A stretch of DNA of 64,000 nucleotides from Dehalococcoidia bacterium (lineage in GTDB: Bacteria; Chloroflexota; Dehalococcoidia; Lucifugimonadales; G965248475): assembly GCA_965248475.1 (NCBI GenBank), contig OZ252106.1:1775640-1839639 (forward strand). Reading direction: 5' to 3'. This document shows, piece by piece, positions 44,889 to 53,904 of the stretch. The notes beneath the pieces are model-generated. The model ran no database searches. It saw nothing but the letters and a program-made list of their open reading frames with translations, and was not told where the DNA came from. The position numbers were made by a program, and so were the translations under genes. Each line of letters opens with the position of its first letter. Position 1 is the first letter of the stretch.

Positions 44889-45806
44889 ATGACCGAGCAT
44901 ACCGTTCCAACCAAGGCAGAGGTGGAGTCCTACCTGCGGGACCGCCGTAACTGGGGACGCTGGGGAGACAAGGGCTCGGCAGGAGCGATAAACCTGATTA
45001 CGCCTGAGAAGCGCCGGGCGGCTGCGGCCCTGGTGCGATCGGGACGGACTGTATCGCTGAGTCGCCCGTTCCCGGTTACGCCATCCGTAGAGAACCCGCA
45101 GCCAGCACAGCACTTCATGATGAAGAACGATAGGCCCGGCGGATGGGGGTCAGCAACGGACTACTACGGCATACGGTACCACGGCGTAGCTACAACGCAC
45201 ATAGACGCCCTCTGCCACATGTGGAACGCCGACGGTATGTGGGACGGACGGGACCCGGACGACACCATCACATTCAACGGCTCTACCTACGGAACCATTG
45301 ACCAGTGGAGCGACGGCATATTGACTCGCGGCGTACTCCTGGACGTGCCGAAACACAGGGGCAGGCCGTACGTGACGCTGGAGGAGCCGGTCCAGGGCTG
45401 GGAGTTGGATGAGATCGTCAGGGGGTCAGGAGTAACGCTGGAGCCGGGTGACGCCATAATGGTATACAGCGGTCGGGAGGCGTACGCACAGGACCACGAC
45501 GGCGCCTGGGGAGGCCGTCCGGAGCGGGCGGGCCTCCACGCCTCATGCCTGCCATTCATCCGCGACAACGACATATCAATACTGGGTTGGGATATGATGG
45601 ACGCCCAACCCAACGAGTACGACATGCCGTGGTCCGTGCACGCCGTCCTATTCACCTACGGCGTGGCACTACTGGACAATGCGCTGCTCCAGCCCCTGGC
45701 AGAAGCGTGCGCCCAGGAGGCCACATACGAATTCATGCTTACGATCAACCCATTGAGGGTCATAGGAGGCACAGGGTCGCCGGTGAACCCCATCGCTGTA
45801 TTCTGA
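44889..45806 (+). CDS. cyclase family protein (kynurenine formamidase-like)
   Basis: AAGGGAGG RBS. RNWGRWG...GAINLITPE and HIDALCHMW motifs. Confidence 0.85.
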   Translation: MTEHTVPTKAEVESYLRDRRNWGRWGDKGSAGAINLITPEKRRAAAALVRSGRTVSLSRPFPVTPSVENPQPAQHFMMKNDRPGGWGSATDYYGIRYHGVATTHIDALCHMWNADGMWDGRDPDDTITFNGSTYGTIDQWSDGILTRGVLLDVPKHRGRPYVTLEEPVQGWELDEIVRGSGVTLEPGDAIMVYSGREAYAQDHDGAWGGRPERAGLHASCLPFIRDNDISILGWDMMDAQPNEYDMPWSVHAVLFTYGVALLDNALLQPLAEACAQEATYEFMLTINPLRVIGGTGSPVNPIAVF

Positions 45807-45815
45807 GTATTCTGA
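45798..45815 (+). repeat. 2 x 9-bp tandem duplication GTATTCTGA spanning the cyclase stop codon
   Basis: Direct reading gtattctga gtattctga, immediately followed by a REP half-site. Confidence 0.9.
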
Positions 45816-45834
45816 GTTTGAAACCCGCCCCTAC
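45816..45834 (+). repeat. REP family C half-site (GTTTGAAACCCGCCCCTAC)
   Basis: Right arm of the GGGCGGGTTTGAAACCCGCCC palindrome, 15 nt upstream of the RAYT-1 start. Confidence 0.8.
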
Positions 45835-45849
45835 AAAATGTGCAATGCC

Positions 45850-46383
45850 ATGGCATACGACCCAGACAGACACCACCGACGTTCCATCCGGCTACCCAGA
45901 TATGATTACAACCAGGCAGGTGCGTATTTTCTCACTATCGTTGCATATGATAGGCAATGCGCCTTCGTCGACATCGTAGATGGGAACATGGCGGTGAACA
46001 GATACGGGCAGGTTGTGTCAGACGGTTGGGATGATCTGGTAAACCACTATCCACATGTTGCCCTAGACTCATTTGTGGCCATGCCCAACCATATACATGG
46101 AATCATTGTATTGAATGACGAGGTATGGGCGGGTTTGAAACCCGCCCATACCAAACGTCACCCTCTGTCGGAGATCGTTCGTGGATTCAAGACCTTCTCA
46201 TCACGACGCATAAACCAGATACGCAACACCCCAGGTCTGCCGGTATGGCAACGCAACTACTATGAGCACGTGATCCGCAGCGAAGACGAAATGGACGGCA
46301 TCCGCCAGTATATTCTCGACAATCCTTTGAAGTGGCCCAAGGACGAAGAGAACCCTCAAAATGTCCAGAAAATGCCATCGTAG
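45850..46383 (+). CDS. REP-associated tyrosine transposase-like (IS200/Y1 HUH family), copy 1
   Basis: HUH motif MPNHIHGII and catalytic-Tyr region WQRNYYEHVIR. Paralogous to 48192-48725. Confidence 0.85.
   Translation: MAYDPDRHHRRSIRLPRYDYNQAGAYFLTIVAYDRQCAFVDIVDGNMAVNRYGQVVSDGWDDLVNHYPHVALDSFVAMPNHIHGIIVLNDEVWAGLKPAHTKRHPLSEIVRGFKTFSSRRINQIRNTPGLPVWQRNYYEHVIRSEDEMDGIRQYILDNPLKWPKDEENPQNVQKMPS
46123..46151 (+). repeat. 29-bp REP family C palindrome inside the RAYT-1 coding sequence
   Basis: gtatgggcgggtttgaaacccgcccatac has 14-nt perfect arms and encodes VWAGLKPAHTK. Confidence 0.9.
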
Positions 46384-46396
46384 GGGCGGGTTTGAA
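46381..46396 (+). repeat. REP family C half-site overlapping the RAYT-1 stop codon
   Basis: taggggcgggtttgaa. Confidence 0.75.
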
Positions 46397-46473
46397 GGAC
46401 TTAAGCCCGATCTGGAGCGCCTGGCCACAACCTCCACTCCCATACCGCTGCTGGACGTCCTGCTACAGCCGCC

Positions 46474-47170
46474 TTTGCCGAGGCCGGGCAAGATCCTGTG
46501 CTGCATAGGCAACTACTGGGAGCATATGCAGAGGGACGCCCGCCCGCTGAACATGTTCCTCAAGAACCCGGACGCTGTGATCGGCCCGGGGGATACGATA
46601 GTGCTGCCGAAGTTCGAGGAGCCGTATGTATTCCACCACGAGGCGGAGCTCGCTATCGTCATCAAGGGACCAGCCAAGGAGATCAGCCAGGCCAACCATA
46701 TGGACGCGATATTCGGATACACCTGCCTAATAGACGTATCGGCAAGGGCCGAGGGACGCAGCACCTGGCGCTCAGGGAGCTGGATGGGCAGGTCGTTCGA
46801 CACATTCGCACCGCTGGGGCCTTGCATTGTCACAGCCGACGAGATAGAAGACCCCAACGACGTAGAGGTCAGATTCTGGAATAGAGGCGAGCTTTACAAC
46901 CTGTACAGCACCGGCGACATGGAACACCGGGTACCGGAGCTGATAGAGTTCGCAACGACCATAATGACGCTGAACAGCGGAGACGTGATATCGTGCGGGA
47001 CCAACCATGAAGGGCTTGGGCCGCTACAGGACGGTGACGTCGCTGAGATCGAGATCCAAGGGGCCGGACGCCTGTCTGTAAACGTATCTGACCCGCTGAA
47101 GCGCAGCTGGGAGCGCGGCATCTACGTGGGGCCAAGCTCCACCGCTCCAGCCGCGCGGGGACAACGATAG
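46474..47170 (+). CDS. fumarylacetoacetate hydrolase (FAH) family protein; N-terminus uncertain or truncated
   Basis: PGKILCCIGNYWEH, HHEAELAIVI and DVSAR FAH motifs. The ORF is open back to 46361, inside RAYT-1 and its REP. TTG 46474 is the first start past the REP. Confidence 0.8.
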
Positions 47171-47231
47171 GGATTGCGTCGTCGTGAGATACTAGAGGAC
47201 AACAGCTTTCACGGAGGTACCTTTCAGGCCA

Positions 47232-48122
47232 ATGGAGCAGAGACTTCAATACAGATGCGATTCCGAGGACCTGTGGCTCAAGGTGGGGGACATGGACATG
47301 CACTACCTGGACTGGGGCGGCACCGGTGAGCCGGTTGTGGCGCTGCACGGGCTAGCTTCCTCATGCCACTGGTACGACCTGGTCATCCCATACCTTACGG
47401 ACAGGTTCAAGCTCGTGGCACTGGACCAGCGCGCCCACGGCCAGACGGAGCAGCCATCCACAGGCTACGACTGGGACACCCTGGCCGGAGACGTGGTGGC
47501 GGCACTCGACCAACTGGGGCTTGAACGCGCCGCAATCTTAGGCCACTCCTGGGGAGCAAGCGTCGCCCTTTCAGTAGCAGCCCTTCACCCTGACCGTGTG
47601 AGTGCGCTGGCCCTGATTGACGGAGGGTTCGGCGCAGGCCCCCGCTCCCCGGATATGACGTGGGAGGACTTCAAGGCACGACTAAGCCCGCGCGACATCT
47701 ACGGCCCGGCTGGTCGGTACCTCGGCGCACTCCAAAGGCAGTTCGACCACTGCTGGTGCAACGAGTTGGAGCATATGGTTATGTCCATGGTGGGCATAAA
47801 TCCCGATGGCACGACGTACGAGCGGCTGCAGCCAGAGAACCACGAGCAGGTCCTGTGGGCTATGTGGTCTGACCCCACCTCACAGAAGCTTCCCCAGGTA
47901 CAATGCCCCACAATCTTGGTCGCGGCAGAGCGCCGCCCACGTGATGGTAACGAGGAGTTTCTCAGGCGCAGGCAGGAACAGGTCAGCGCCGCCCAGGCGA
48001 TCATTCCGAACTGCCAGGTGGCCTGGATAGCGGACTCCAGCCACGATATAGGGTACGAGAAGCCCAAAGAGCTGGCGGACGTGCTGGCGAGCTTCCTGAG
48101 CAACAAGGCAACACGCATTTAG
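47232..48122 (+). CDS. alpha/beta hydrolase
   Basis: HGLASS oxyanion region and GHSWGA nucleophile elbow; 296 aa. Confidence 0.85.
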   Translation: MEQRLQYRCDSEDLWLKVGDMDMHYLDWGGTGEPVVALHGLASSCHWYDLVIPYLTDRFKLVALDQRAHGQTEQPSTGYDWDTLAGDVVAALDQLGLERAAILGHSWGASVALSVAALHPDRVSALALIDGGFGAGPRSPDMTWEDFKARLSPRDIYGPAGRYLGALQRQFDHCWCNELEHMVMSMVGINPDGTTYERLQPENHEQVLWAMWSDPTSQKLPQVQCPTILVAAERRPRDGNEEFLRRRQEQVSAAQAIIPNCQVAWIADSSHDIGYEKPKELADVLASFLSNKATRI

Positions 48123-48147
48123 GGACGGGTTTGAAACCTATCCATAC
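48119..48147 (+). repeat. REP family C, degenerate copy overlapping the hydrolase stop
   Basis: ttagggacgggtttgaaacctatccatac. Confidence 0.7.
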
Positions 48148-48153
48148 TCCCCA

Positions 48154-48173
48154 GGGCGCGGTTACCGCGCCCC
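48154..48173 (+). repeat. GGGCGCGGTTACCGCGCCC hairpin (a further REP type)
   Basis: 8-bp GC arms, located between the REP C copy and the RAYT-2 start. Confidence 0.6.
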
Positions 48174-48191
48174 TACGAGAGGTCATGGTCT

Positions 48192-48725
48192 ATGGAATAC
48201 GCCCCCAGCAAACACCGTCGCCAATCCATTCGTCTACCCGGATATGGCTACAGCCAAGCCGGAGCGTATTTTGTCACTATCTGCACACGAAACAGGCAAT
48301 GCTTATTCGGAGAGATCCTGAATGAGGAAATGGTACCGAGCAAGTATGGGCAGATTGTATTAGACGGCTGGTATGATTTGGCAAGCCACTATCCACATGT
48401 TGCCCTAGACTCATTCGTGGTCATGCCCAACCATATACATGGCATCATTGTATTGAATGACAATGTAGGGGCGGGTTTGAAACCCGCCCCTACCAAACGC
48501 CACCCATTGTCAGAGATCGCTCGTGGATTCAAGACCTTCTCATCACGTCGCATCAACCAGATCAATAGCACGCCCGGCTTACCTGTATGGCAACGCAACT
48601 ATTATGAACACGTAATCCGCAATGAAGACGAAATGGACCGCATCCGGCAGTACATTCTCGGCAATCCTATGAAGTGGCTGGAGGACGAGGAGAATCCTCA
48701 GAATATCCAGAAAGTACGTTCATAG
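48192..48725 (+). CDS. REP-associated tyrosine transposase-like (IS200/Y1 HUH family), copy 2
   Basis: MPNHIHGII and WQRNYYEHVIR. The central 100 nt are nearly identical to copy 1. Confidence 0.88.
   Translation: MEYAPSKHRRQSIRLPGYGYSQAGAYFVTICTRNRQCLFGEILNEEMVPSKYGQIVLDGWYDLASHYPHVALDSFVVMPNHIHGIIVLNDNVGAGLKPAPTKRHPLSEIARGFKTFSSRRINQINSTPGLPVWQRNYYEHVIRNEDEMDRIRQYILGNPMKWLEDEENPQNIQKVRS
48465..48493 (+). repeat. 29-bp REP family C palindrome inside the RAYT-2 coding sequence
   Basis: gtaggggcgggtttgaaacccgcccctac encodes VGAGLKPAPTK. Confidence 0.9.
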
Positions 48726-48729
48726 TCAT

Positions 48730-48753
48730 GAGGCGGGTTTGAAACCCATCCTG
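48730..48753 (+). repeat. REP family C, degenerate copy just after the RAYT-2 stop
   Basis: gaggcgggtttgaaacccatcctg. Confidence 0.7.
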
Positions 48754-48797
48754 TAACGTGGACACGGGCCAACCCGCCTTGCGCCGCATCATGGGGC

Positions 48798-49487
48798 ATG
48801 CTAACCTTCGCTGCCGTGCCCATCTACGACTTCCATACCCACACCTACCTAAGCGATGGTGTCCTATCCCCTATGGAACTCATACGCCGCGCCTACGACC
48901 GGGGGTACCGGGCTATCGCCATTACGGACCACGTAGGTCTGGCGGATCAGTCGCGTGTAGTCCCGGTGCTGGTAGAGGAGTGCGCCAATGCTATGAGCCG
49001 CTGGGACATCATAGCTATAGCCGGCGTGGAGATAACACACCTGCCTGCGAGTCTGATCCCGGAAGCGGCTGAAAGCGCCAAGGCGCTCGGGGCACAGCTA
49101 GTTGTGGTACACGGAGAGACCATTGTGGAGCCTGTGGAGCCGGGGACCAACGCCTCAGCAGTCGGTTCATCACACGTGGACGTACTGGCCCACCCCGGCC
49201 TTGTCACGGCAGAAGAGGCAACGACTGCCGCTCAGCGTGGCGTGTACCTTGAACTGTCCGCCCACAGAGGACACAGCTTAACCAACGGCCACGTTGTCAG
49301 AGTAGGGCAGCAAGCAAACGCCAGCTTAATCCTGGACTCCGATGCTCACGAACCCGAGGACCTGCTCACGGAGCATATGAAGCGTCAAATAGCAACAGGG
49401 GCCGGAATACAAGAAGAAGACTTAGACACCCTGCTAGACAGCAATCCAAGAAGGTTGCTGGAAAAGCTGGGCTTCCCCTTGCCCTAG
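48798..49487 (+). CDS. PHP-domain (histidinol-phosphatase-like) hydrolase
   Basis: YDFHTHTYLSDG and AITDH metal-binding motifs. Confidence 0.8.
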   Translation: MLTFAAVPIYDFHTHTYLSDGVLSPMELIRRAYDRGYRAIAITDHVGLADQSRVVPVLVEECANAMSRWDIIAIAGVEITHLPASLIPEAAESAKALGAQLVVVHGETIVEPVEPGTNASAVGSSHVDVLAHPGLVTAEEATTAAQRGVYLELSAHRGHSLTNGHVVRVGQQANASLILDSDAHEPEDLLTEHMKRQIATGAGIQEEDLDTLLDSNPRRLLEKLGFPLP

Positions 49488-49536
49488 CCCCTGAAAACAG
49501 CTGACCAGGCAAATAGATACCTGGTCAACACCGGCC

Positions 49537-49680
49537 CTAGCCTCTGCCGATACGGAACACCTTTGTGCTGCATACAGGGCAGACGCCCTGAGTAGCAGGC
49601 CGGCCATTCTTCAGCGTCACACTGGTGGGGTTACGGATCTCCCGCTTAGCTCGGCACTTGAAGCAATATGCATCGGGCAT
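49537..49680 (-). CDS. DUF5679-like zinc-ribbon protein (47 aa), absent from the ORF track
   Basis: Own translation: MPDAYCFKCRAKREIRNPTSVTLKNGRPATQGVCPVCSTKVFRIGRG. CxxC...CxxC pattern, GGGAGGGAGG RBS, TTGACA-17-TTATCT upstream. Confidence 0.75.
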   Translation of the reverse strand: MPDAYCFKCRAKREIRNPTSVTLKNGRPATQGVCPVCSTKVFRIGRG

Positions 49681-49883
49681 TTATAAAGTCCTCCCTCCCT
49701 AGCTTGGAATTGAAGATAAGCCGTATCTAGCGCCCTTGTCAAGCCCTTAGCGGCTTCATTATGGCTCTTGTCAGCCCCTTTTAACACCGTAGCCTATATC
49801 CGCAAGCTAGGCGCCGCTTATATTGGGGCGGTACGCTTGGGTCTGGACCACACGCCGGAGAAGGCCAGGTGGGGCAGGACTAA

Positions 49884-50228
49884 CTAACTAAAGCCCTCTG
49901 CATCCAGCTGGAAACTTGGGGTATGTACCAACAATAACCGGGCAGTATCCTCTGTTCTGTTGACATACGAGAAGCGCTGACCTTGATCTACCACGCAGAG
50001 GTCCCCCGCCGTGAGGTCGTACTCGTCTCCATCGAGCGAGAAAGCGATCCGCCCAGCAACAACGTAGTAGTACTTATCGGACCGCTGTGAGTACGCTTCC
50101 TGGTGCGTCCCGCCTGGCGGCACTTCAACGATCGCAAGGGAAGACCTGGTGTCATGCCCAGCCGTGTAGTCGAGTATTTGAAGGCCATCAAAGTCGATCA
50201 CCTCAGCTAATGCTCGCTTGACTATCAT
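49884..50228 (-). CDS. cupin domain protein
   Basis: 114 aa with a beta-barrel pattern (G..H.E......YYYVV.G...F). Confidence 0.7.
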   Translation of the reverse strand: MIVKRALAEVIDFDGLQILDYTAGHDTRSSLAIVEVPPGGTHQEAYSQRSDKYYYVVAGRIAFSLDGDEYDLTAGDLCVVDQGQRFSYVNRTEDTARLLLVHTPSFQLDAEGFS

Positions 50229-50333
50229 TCGGCTCCCTTCTTGTCATGCAGCGCACCGGAACGCCCCTGGCTCGTGAACACGCGCGCGTTCAACCATCGA
50301 CTTAATGGAAAGCCGTCAGGCAAGGGGCTGCGA

Positions 50334-51278
50334 CTAGGTCAGTACCTTCTCTACGCTGTACGGGGACGGCTCTTTGAGCTGCAGGACTTTGAAGGGCTGC
50401 CAGAGGCTTTGGGGCCTGTTGAACCGCACCAGGGCAACGAACCTGCCGTCTGAGCTGTAGGCCCTACATGTTTCCATATGTTGCGAGTAGTGGGTGCGTG
50501 GCGCCAGAGGCACCGGCTGGCCGTTGCGCACCTGCAGTTCCTCCACATCGCTGAGGAGCACGGCGTTCAGATGAAGCACCAGATAGTCTGGTGGGTAGAA
50601 CAGGGAGGGCCAGGTGTCCTCCTGGTAGGCCTCTTCCAGATGCTCCACTGTAATCGAAGTGTCGGCATGGAAGGGACCCGTCTGCAAACGGCGTAGCTCG
50701 GCAAGGTGGGCACCACAGTCCAGCGCCTGGCCAAGATCGTAGGCCAGGGAGCGAACATACATACCGCGGCTGCACTTGATGGACAGCGACACCAAGGGTG
50801 ACTGCCAATCAACCATGTCCAACTTCATAATCTCAACGGTGCGCGGCTCGATATCCACCTGCACCCCGGCCCTTGCCAGCTCGTGCAGGCGGCGGCCCTG
50901 GCGCTTGAGGGCGCTGTACATTGGGGGCGTCTGCTCAATGGCGCCTCTGAACGATTCCAGCGCGGCCTCCACATCTTCAAGCGTGACGCCGGAAGGGTCC
51001 CTTTCCTCCACGATCCGGCCCTCGGCATCGTAGGTATCGGTGGTTACGCCTAGGCGAACGGTGGCCAGATACTCCTTCTCCCCGTTCACCAGGTACTCCA
51101 TAAGTCGTGTGGCCTGGCCCATACAGACCGGAAGGACACCGGTGGCCATAGGGTCCAGCGTACCGCCGTGACCGACGCGGCGCTGAAAGGAGACGCGCTT
51201 GACGCGCCTGACCACGTCCATAGAGGTAGGACCACCGGCCTTATCTATGTTGAAGACACCATCCAGCACGGGGCTCAC
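50334..51278 (-). CDS. truB: tRNA pseudouridine(55) synthase
   Basis: GHGGTLDPMATGVLPV catalytic Asp motif. Conserved position after rbfA. Confidence 0.92.
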   Translation of the reverse strand: MSPVLDGVFNIDKAGGPTSMDVVRRVKRVSFQRRVGHGGTLDPMATGVLPVCMGQATRLMEYLVNGEKEYLATVRLGVTTDTYDAEGRIVEERDPSGVTLEDVEAALESFRGAIEQTPPMYSALKRQGRRLHELARAGVQVDIEPRTVEIMKLDMVDWQSPLVSLSIKCSRGMYVRSLAYDLGQALDCGAHLAELRRLQTGPFHADTSITVEHLEEAYQEDTWPSLFYPPDYLVLHLNAVLLSDVEELQVRNGQPVPLAPRTHYSQHMETCRAYSSDGRFVALVRFNRPQSLWQPFKVLQLKEPSPYSVEKVLT

Positions 51279-51658
51279 TCTTTTACCTCCGCAGGCATTT
51301 CCAGGGGCGTCTCCGCCAGCGATGGGGCTCCGTCCATAATGCCGAGCAGTCTGGCGCCCTCCTCCAGGGAGCGGTCCTGCTGGAAGGTCAGGGCCGGAAC
51401 GTAGCGCAGGGTCAGTTTAGGCTTAAGCTCCCTTTGAATGAACCGTGCGGCCGACTGCAACATCTGCATTGCGGAGCGCTGGTCATCTTCGGTCCCCATA
51501 ACGCTCACGAAGACCCTGGCGCGGCGCAGGTCGGAGGAGGTCTCGACGCGGGTGATGGATACGAGGGTAGGAAGTCTGGGATCCGCCATCTGGTTGGCGA
51601 GGACCCAGCTTACCTCCTTGCGCAGAAGCTCACCAACCCGTTCTGTGCGTCTGGTCAT
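51275..51658 (-). CDS. rbfA: ribosome-binding factor A
   Basis: RVGELLRKEVS...DPRL...ITRVETSSDLRRARVFVS pattern. Start chosen at MTRRTER. Confidence 0.9.
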   Translation of the reverse strand: MTRRTERVGELLRKEVSWVLANQMADPRLPTLVSITRVETSSDLRRARVFVSVMGTEDDQRSAMQMLQSAARFIQRELKPKLTLRYVPALTFQQDRSLEEGARLLGIMDGAPSLAETPLEMPAEVKE

Positions 51659-51759
51659 TGAGGGCCTCTCTGGCAATACAGGTCGGCAACCCTGGGGCAA
51701 CAAGGTTATGCCACCAATAACGATATAGTTGGACTATTGTGCCTTGAAGGGGCGGGCGA

Positions 51760-53571
51760 CTAGGCTGGGACCTGGTCGAGCCGGTGGACCTGGATAACGT
51801 CCTCTTCCTGGAAGTCGTCAAACCCGGTCACTGCAATTCCACATTCGTAGCCCGTGGCCACCTCACGAACGTCATCTTTGAACCGCCTGAGGCTGGCGAT
51901 GGGCCCGTCATGGAGCAACTCACCATTCCGCAAGATACGTGCCATAGCAGTCCTGAGCAGGCGTCCATCGGTGACGTAGACGCCCGCTACGTTGGCCTGA
52001 CGGCCCCGCTTGAATACTTCACGTACGGTGGCATTGCCTTCGACAACATCCTGCATCTCCGGCTTGACCAGTCCCTGCAGGACATTGGTGACATCCTCCA
52101 GCAGGTTGTAGATGACGTTATAGAGGCGTATTTCAACACCTTCCGCATCTGCCACTCGCCGGGCACCCGGATCAATCGATGTGTTGAAACCTATGACGAT
52201 GGCCTGAGATGCCACGGCCAGGAATATGTCCGACTCGGAAATCGCGCCGGAGCCGGAATGAATAATATGCACCTGTGCCTTATCCGTACTGAGGCGGGAA
52301 ACGCTGTCCAGAACGGCCTCCGCGCTTCCCTGTACATCAGCCTTGATTATCAGGTTCAACTCCCGGGACTCGCCGGTGCAGATCCTGTTGAACATCTCCT
52401 CCATGCTGACCCGACGGGAAGCACCTTGCTGGCGCTCGCGTTCCTCCACCATTGTCCGTGCCTCACGGTCGCTCCCAGCAACCTCGAAGAGGTCTCCGGC
52501 AGAGGGCAGGTCAGCAAGCCCCAGTATCTCCACGGGCATGGCGGGTGTAGCGGACTTAATACGTTCCCCCGCATAGTTGACCAGGGCTTTGACGCGGCCA
52601 CGGATGGTGCCGACCACAACGTGATCTCCAAGCTCGAGTGTCCCGCCTTTGACCAGTACCGTGGCCACGGGGCCACGACTCCTGTCCAGCTTGGCCTCCA
52701 CGACGACGCCGTTGGCCTGCCTGTCCGGGTTAGCCTTGAGATCCGCAACCTCTGCCACCACCAATATGTTCTCCAGCAGGTCATCTACCCCCAAGCCTGT
52801 TTTGGCGGAGACCTCCACGCCCACCACCTCGCCACCCCAATCCTCCAACAGCAGGTTCTGCTCTGCCATCTGGCGCTTCACACGTTCGGGGTCAGCGTCC
52901 GGCAGGTCCACCTTGTTGATGGCTACAATGATGGGAACATCCGCCGCTCTGATGTGTGAGATAGCCTCCATGGTCTGAGGCATGATGCCGTCGTCGGCAG
53001 CCACCACCAGTACGGCGATATCAGTGACGTCAGCTCCCCGTGCCCTCATAGCGGTGAACGCCGCATGGCCGGGTGTATCCAGAACGGTAATAGGATGGTC
53101 TTTGAACTCGATCTGATAGGCGCCGATGTGCTGGGTAATGCCTCCGGCCTCGCGTTCGGCGACCCTGGTGTTACGAATGGCGTCCAGAAGAGTCGTCTTC
53201 CCGTGGTCCACGTGTCCCAACACAGTCACAACCGGGGGCCGCAGCTTCAGGAGCGCTGCGTCCTCCTCAATCTGGGTACCTTCCTGTACCCGTGACGTGG
53301 TTTCATCTGCCACAGCCCGGTAGCCGTAGAGGGGTGTAATGGCAGACGCCGTCTCGAAGTCGATGGCCTGGTTGATGCTGGCCATGATGCCTGCCCTCAT
53401 TAGGTGTTTCATGACCTCAATGGGGGTGGCGCCAATCAACTCCGCCAGACGGGCCACCGTAATGGCCTCCGGTATCTTTACTGGCCTGGGGGCCGGAGCT
53501 GTCCTTCGCCTGGCACCTTCGGATTCGTTGCCGGGCTGGTCAGATTGAACTTCTGAGTCGCTAGTCACCAA
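51760..53571 (-). CDS. infB: translation initiation factor IF-2
   Basis: [17 protein letters not shown] and NKVD GTPase motifs; 603 aa. Confidence 0.95.
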   Translation of the reverse strand: MVTSDSEVQSDQPGNESEGARRRTAPAPRPVKIPEAITVARLAELIGATPIEVMKHLMRAGIMASINQAIDFETASAITPLYGYRAVADETTSRVQEGTQIEEDAALLKLRPPVVTVLGHVDHGKTTLLDAIRNTRVAEREAGGITQHIGAYQIEFKDHPITVLDTPGHAAFTAMRARGADVTDIAVLVVAADDGIMPQTMEAISHIRAADVPIIVAINKVDLPDADPERVKRQMAEQNLLLEDWGGEVVGVEVSAKTGLGVDDLLENILVVAEVADLKANPDRQANGVVVEAKLDRSRGPVATVLVKGGTLELGDHVVVGTIRGRVKALVNYAGERIKSATPAMPVEILGLADLPSAGDLFEVAGSDREARTMVEERERQQGASRRVSMEEMFNRICTGESRELNLIIKADVQGSAEAVLDSVSRLSTDKAQVHIIHSGSGAISESDIFLAVASQAIVIGFNTSIDPGARRVADAEGVEIRLYNVIYNLLEDVTNVLQGLVKPEMQDVVEGNATVREVFKRGRQANVAGVYVTDGRLLRTAMARILRNGELLHDGPIASLRRFKDDVREVATGYECGIAVTGFDDFQEEDVIQVHRLDQVPA

Positions 53572-53591
53572 CGTCTGATTGCACCTCCGGG

Positions 53592-53879
53592 TCAGGCTGT
53601 TCGAGCCATTTCCCTGGCATACTCTTCTAGTTGCTGGCGGTCCTCTGGCGACACGCTGCCTCTCAGCGCGTACCCGAGCCGGTCCTTCTTAAGGGCCTGC
53701 TCCCAGCAGGCAAGGGCGTGGCAAAGGTAGGTGCCGCGACCGTTCATCCTGCTCGGGCCGGGGTCTACACCGACATGTCCTTCAGGAGAGCGCACTATAC
53801 GGGTCAACTCTCGCTGAGGAAGCCGGGTCCCGCAGTTCACGCATCGCCTCAGCGGGATATGTCTTTGCCGTACCGCCAC
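53592..53879 (-). CDS. ylxR: YlxR (DUF448) family RNA-binding protein
   Basis: LRRCVNCG...RIV....G.V..D......GRG.YLC pattern. GTG start 25 nt after the nusA stop. Confidence 0.8.
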   Translation of the reverse strand: MAVRQRHIPLRRCVNCGTRLPQRELTRIVRSPEGHVGVDPGPSRMNGRGTYLCHALACWEQALKKDRLGYALRGSVSPEDRQQLEEYAREMARTA

Positions 53880-53904
53880 AAGACGTTCTCCGGCGTTCCG
53901 CCTG

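Noticed and set aside
51784-52959. 391-aa plus-strand ORF
   Set aside because: It is antisense to infB, whose GTPase motifs are unambiguous. Its composition is typical of high-GC antisense frames.
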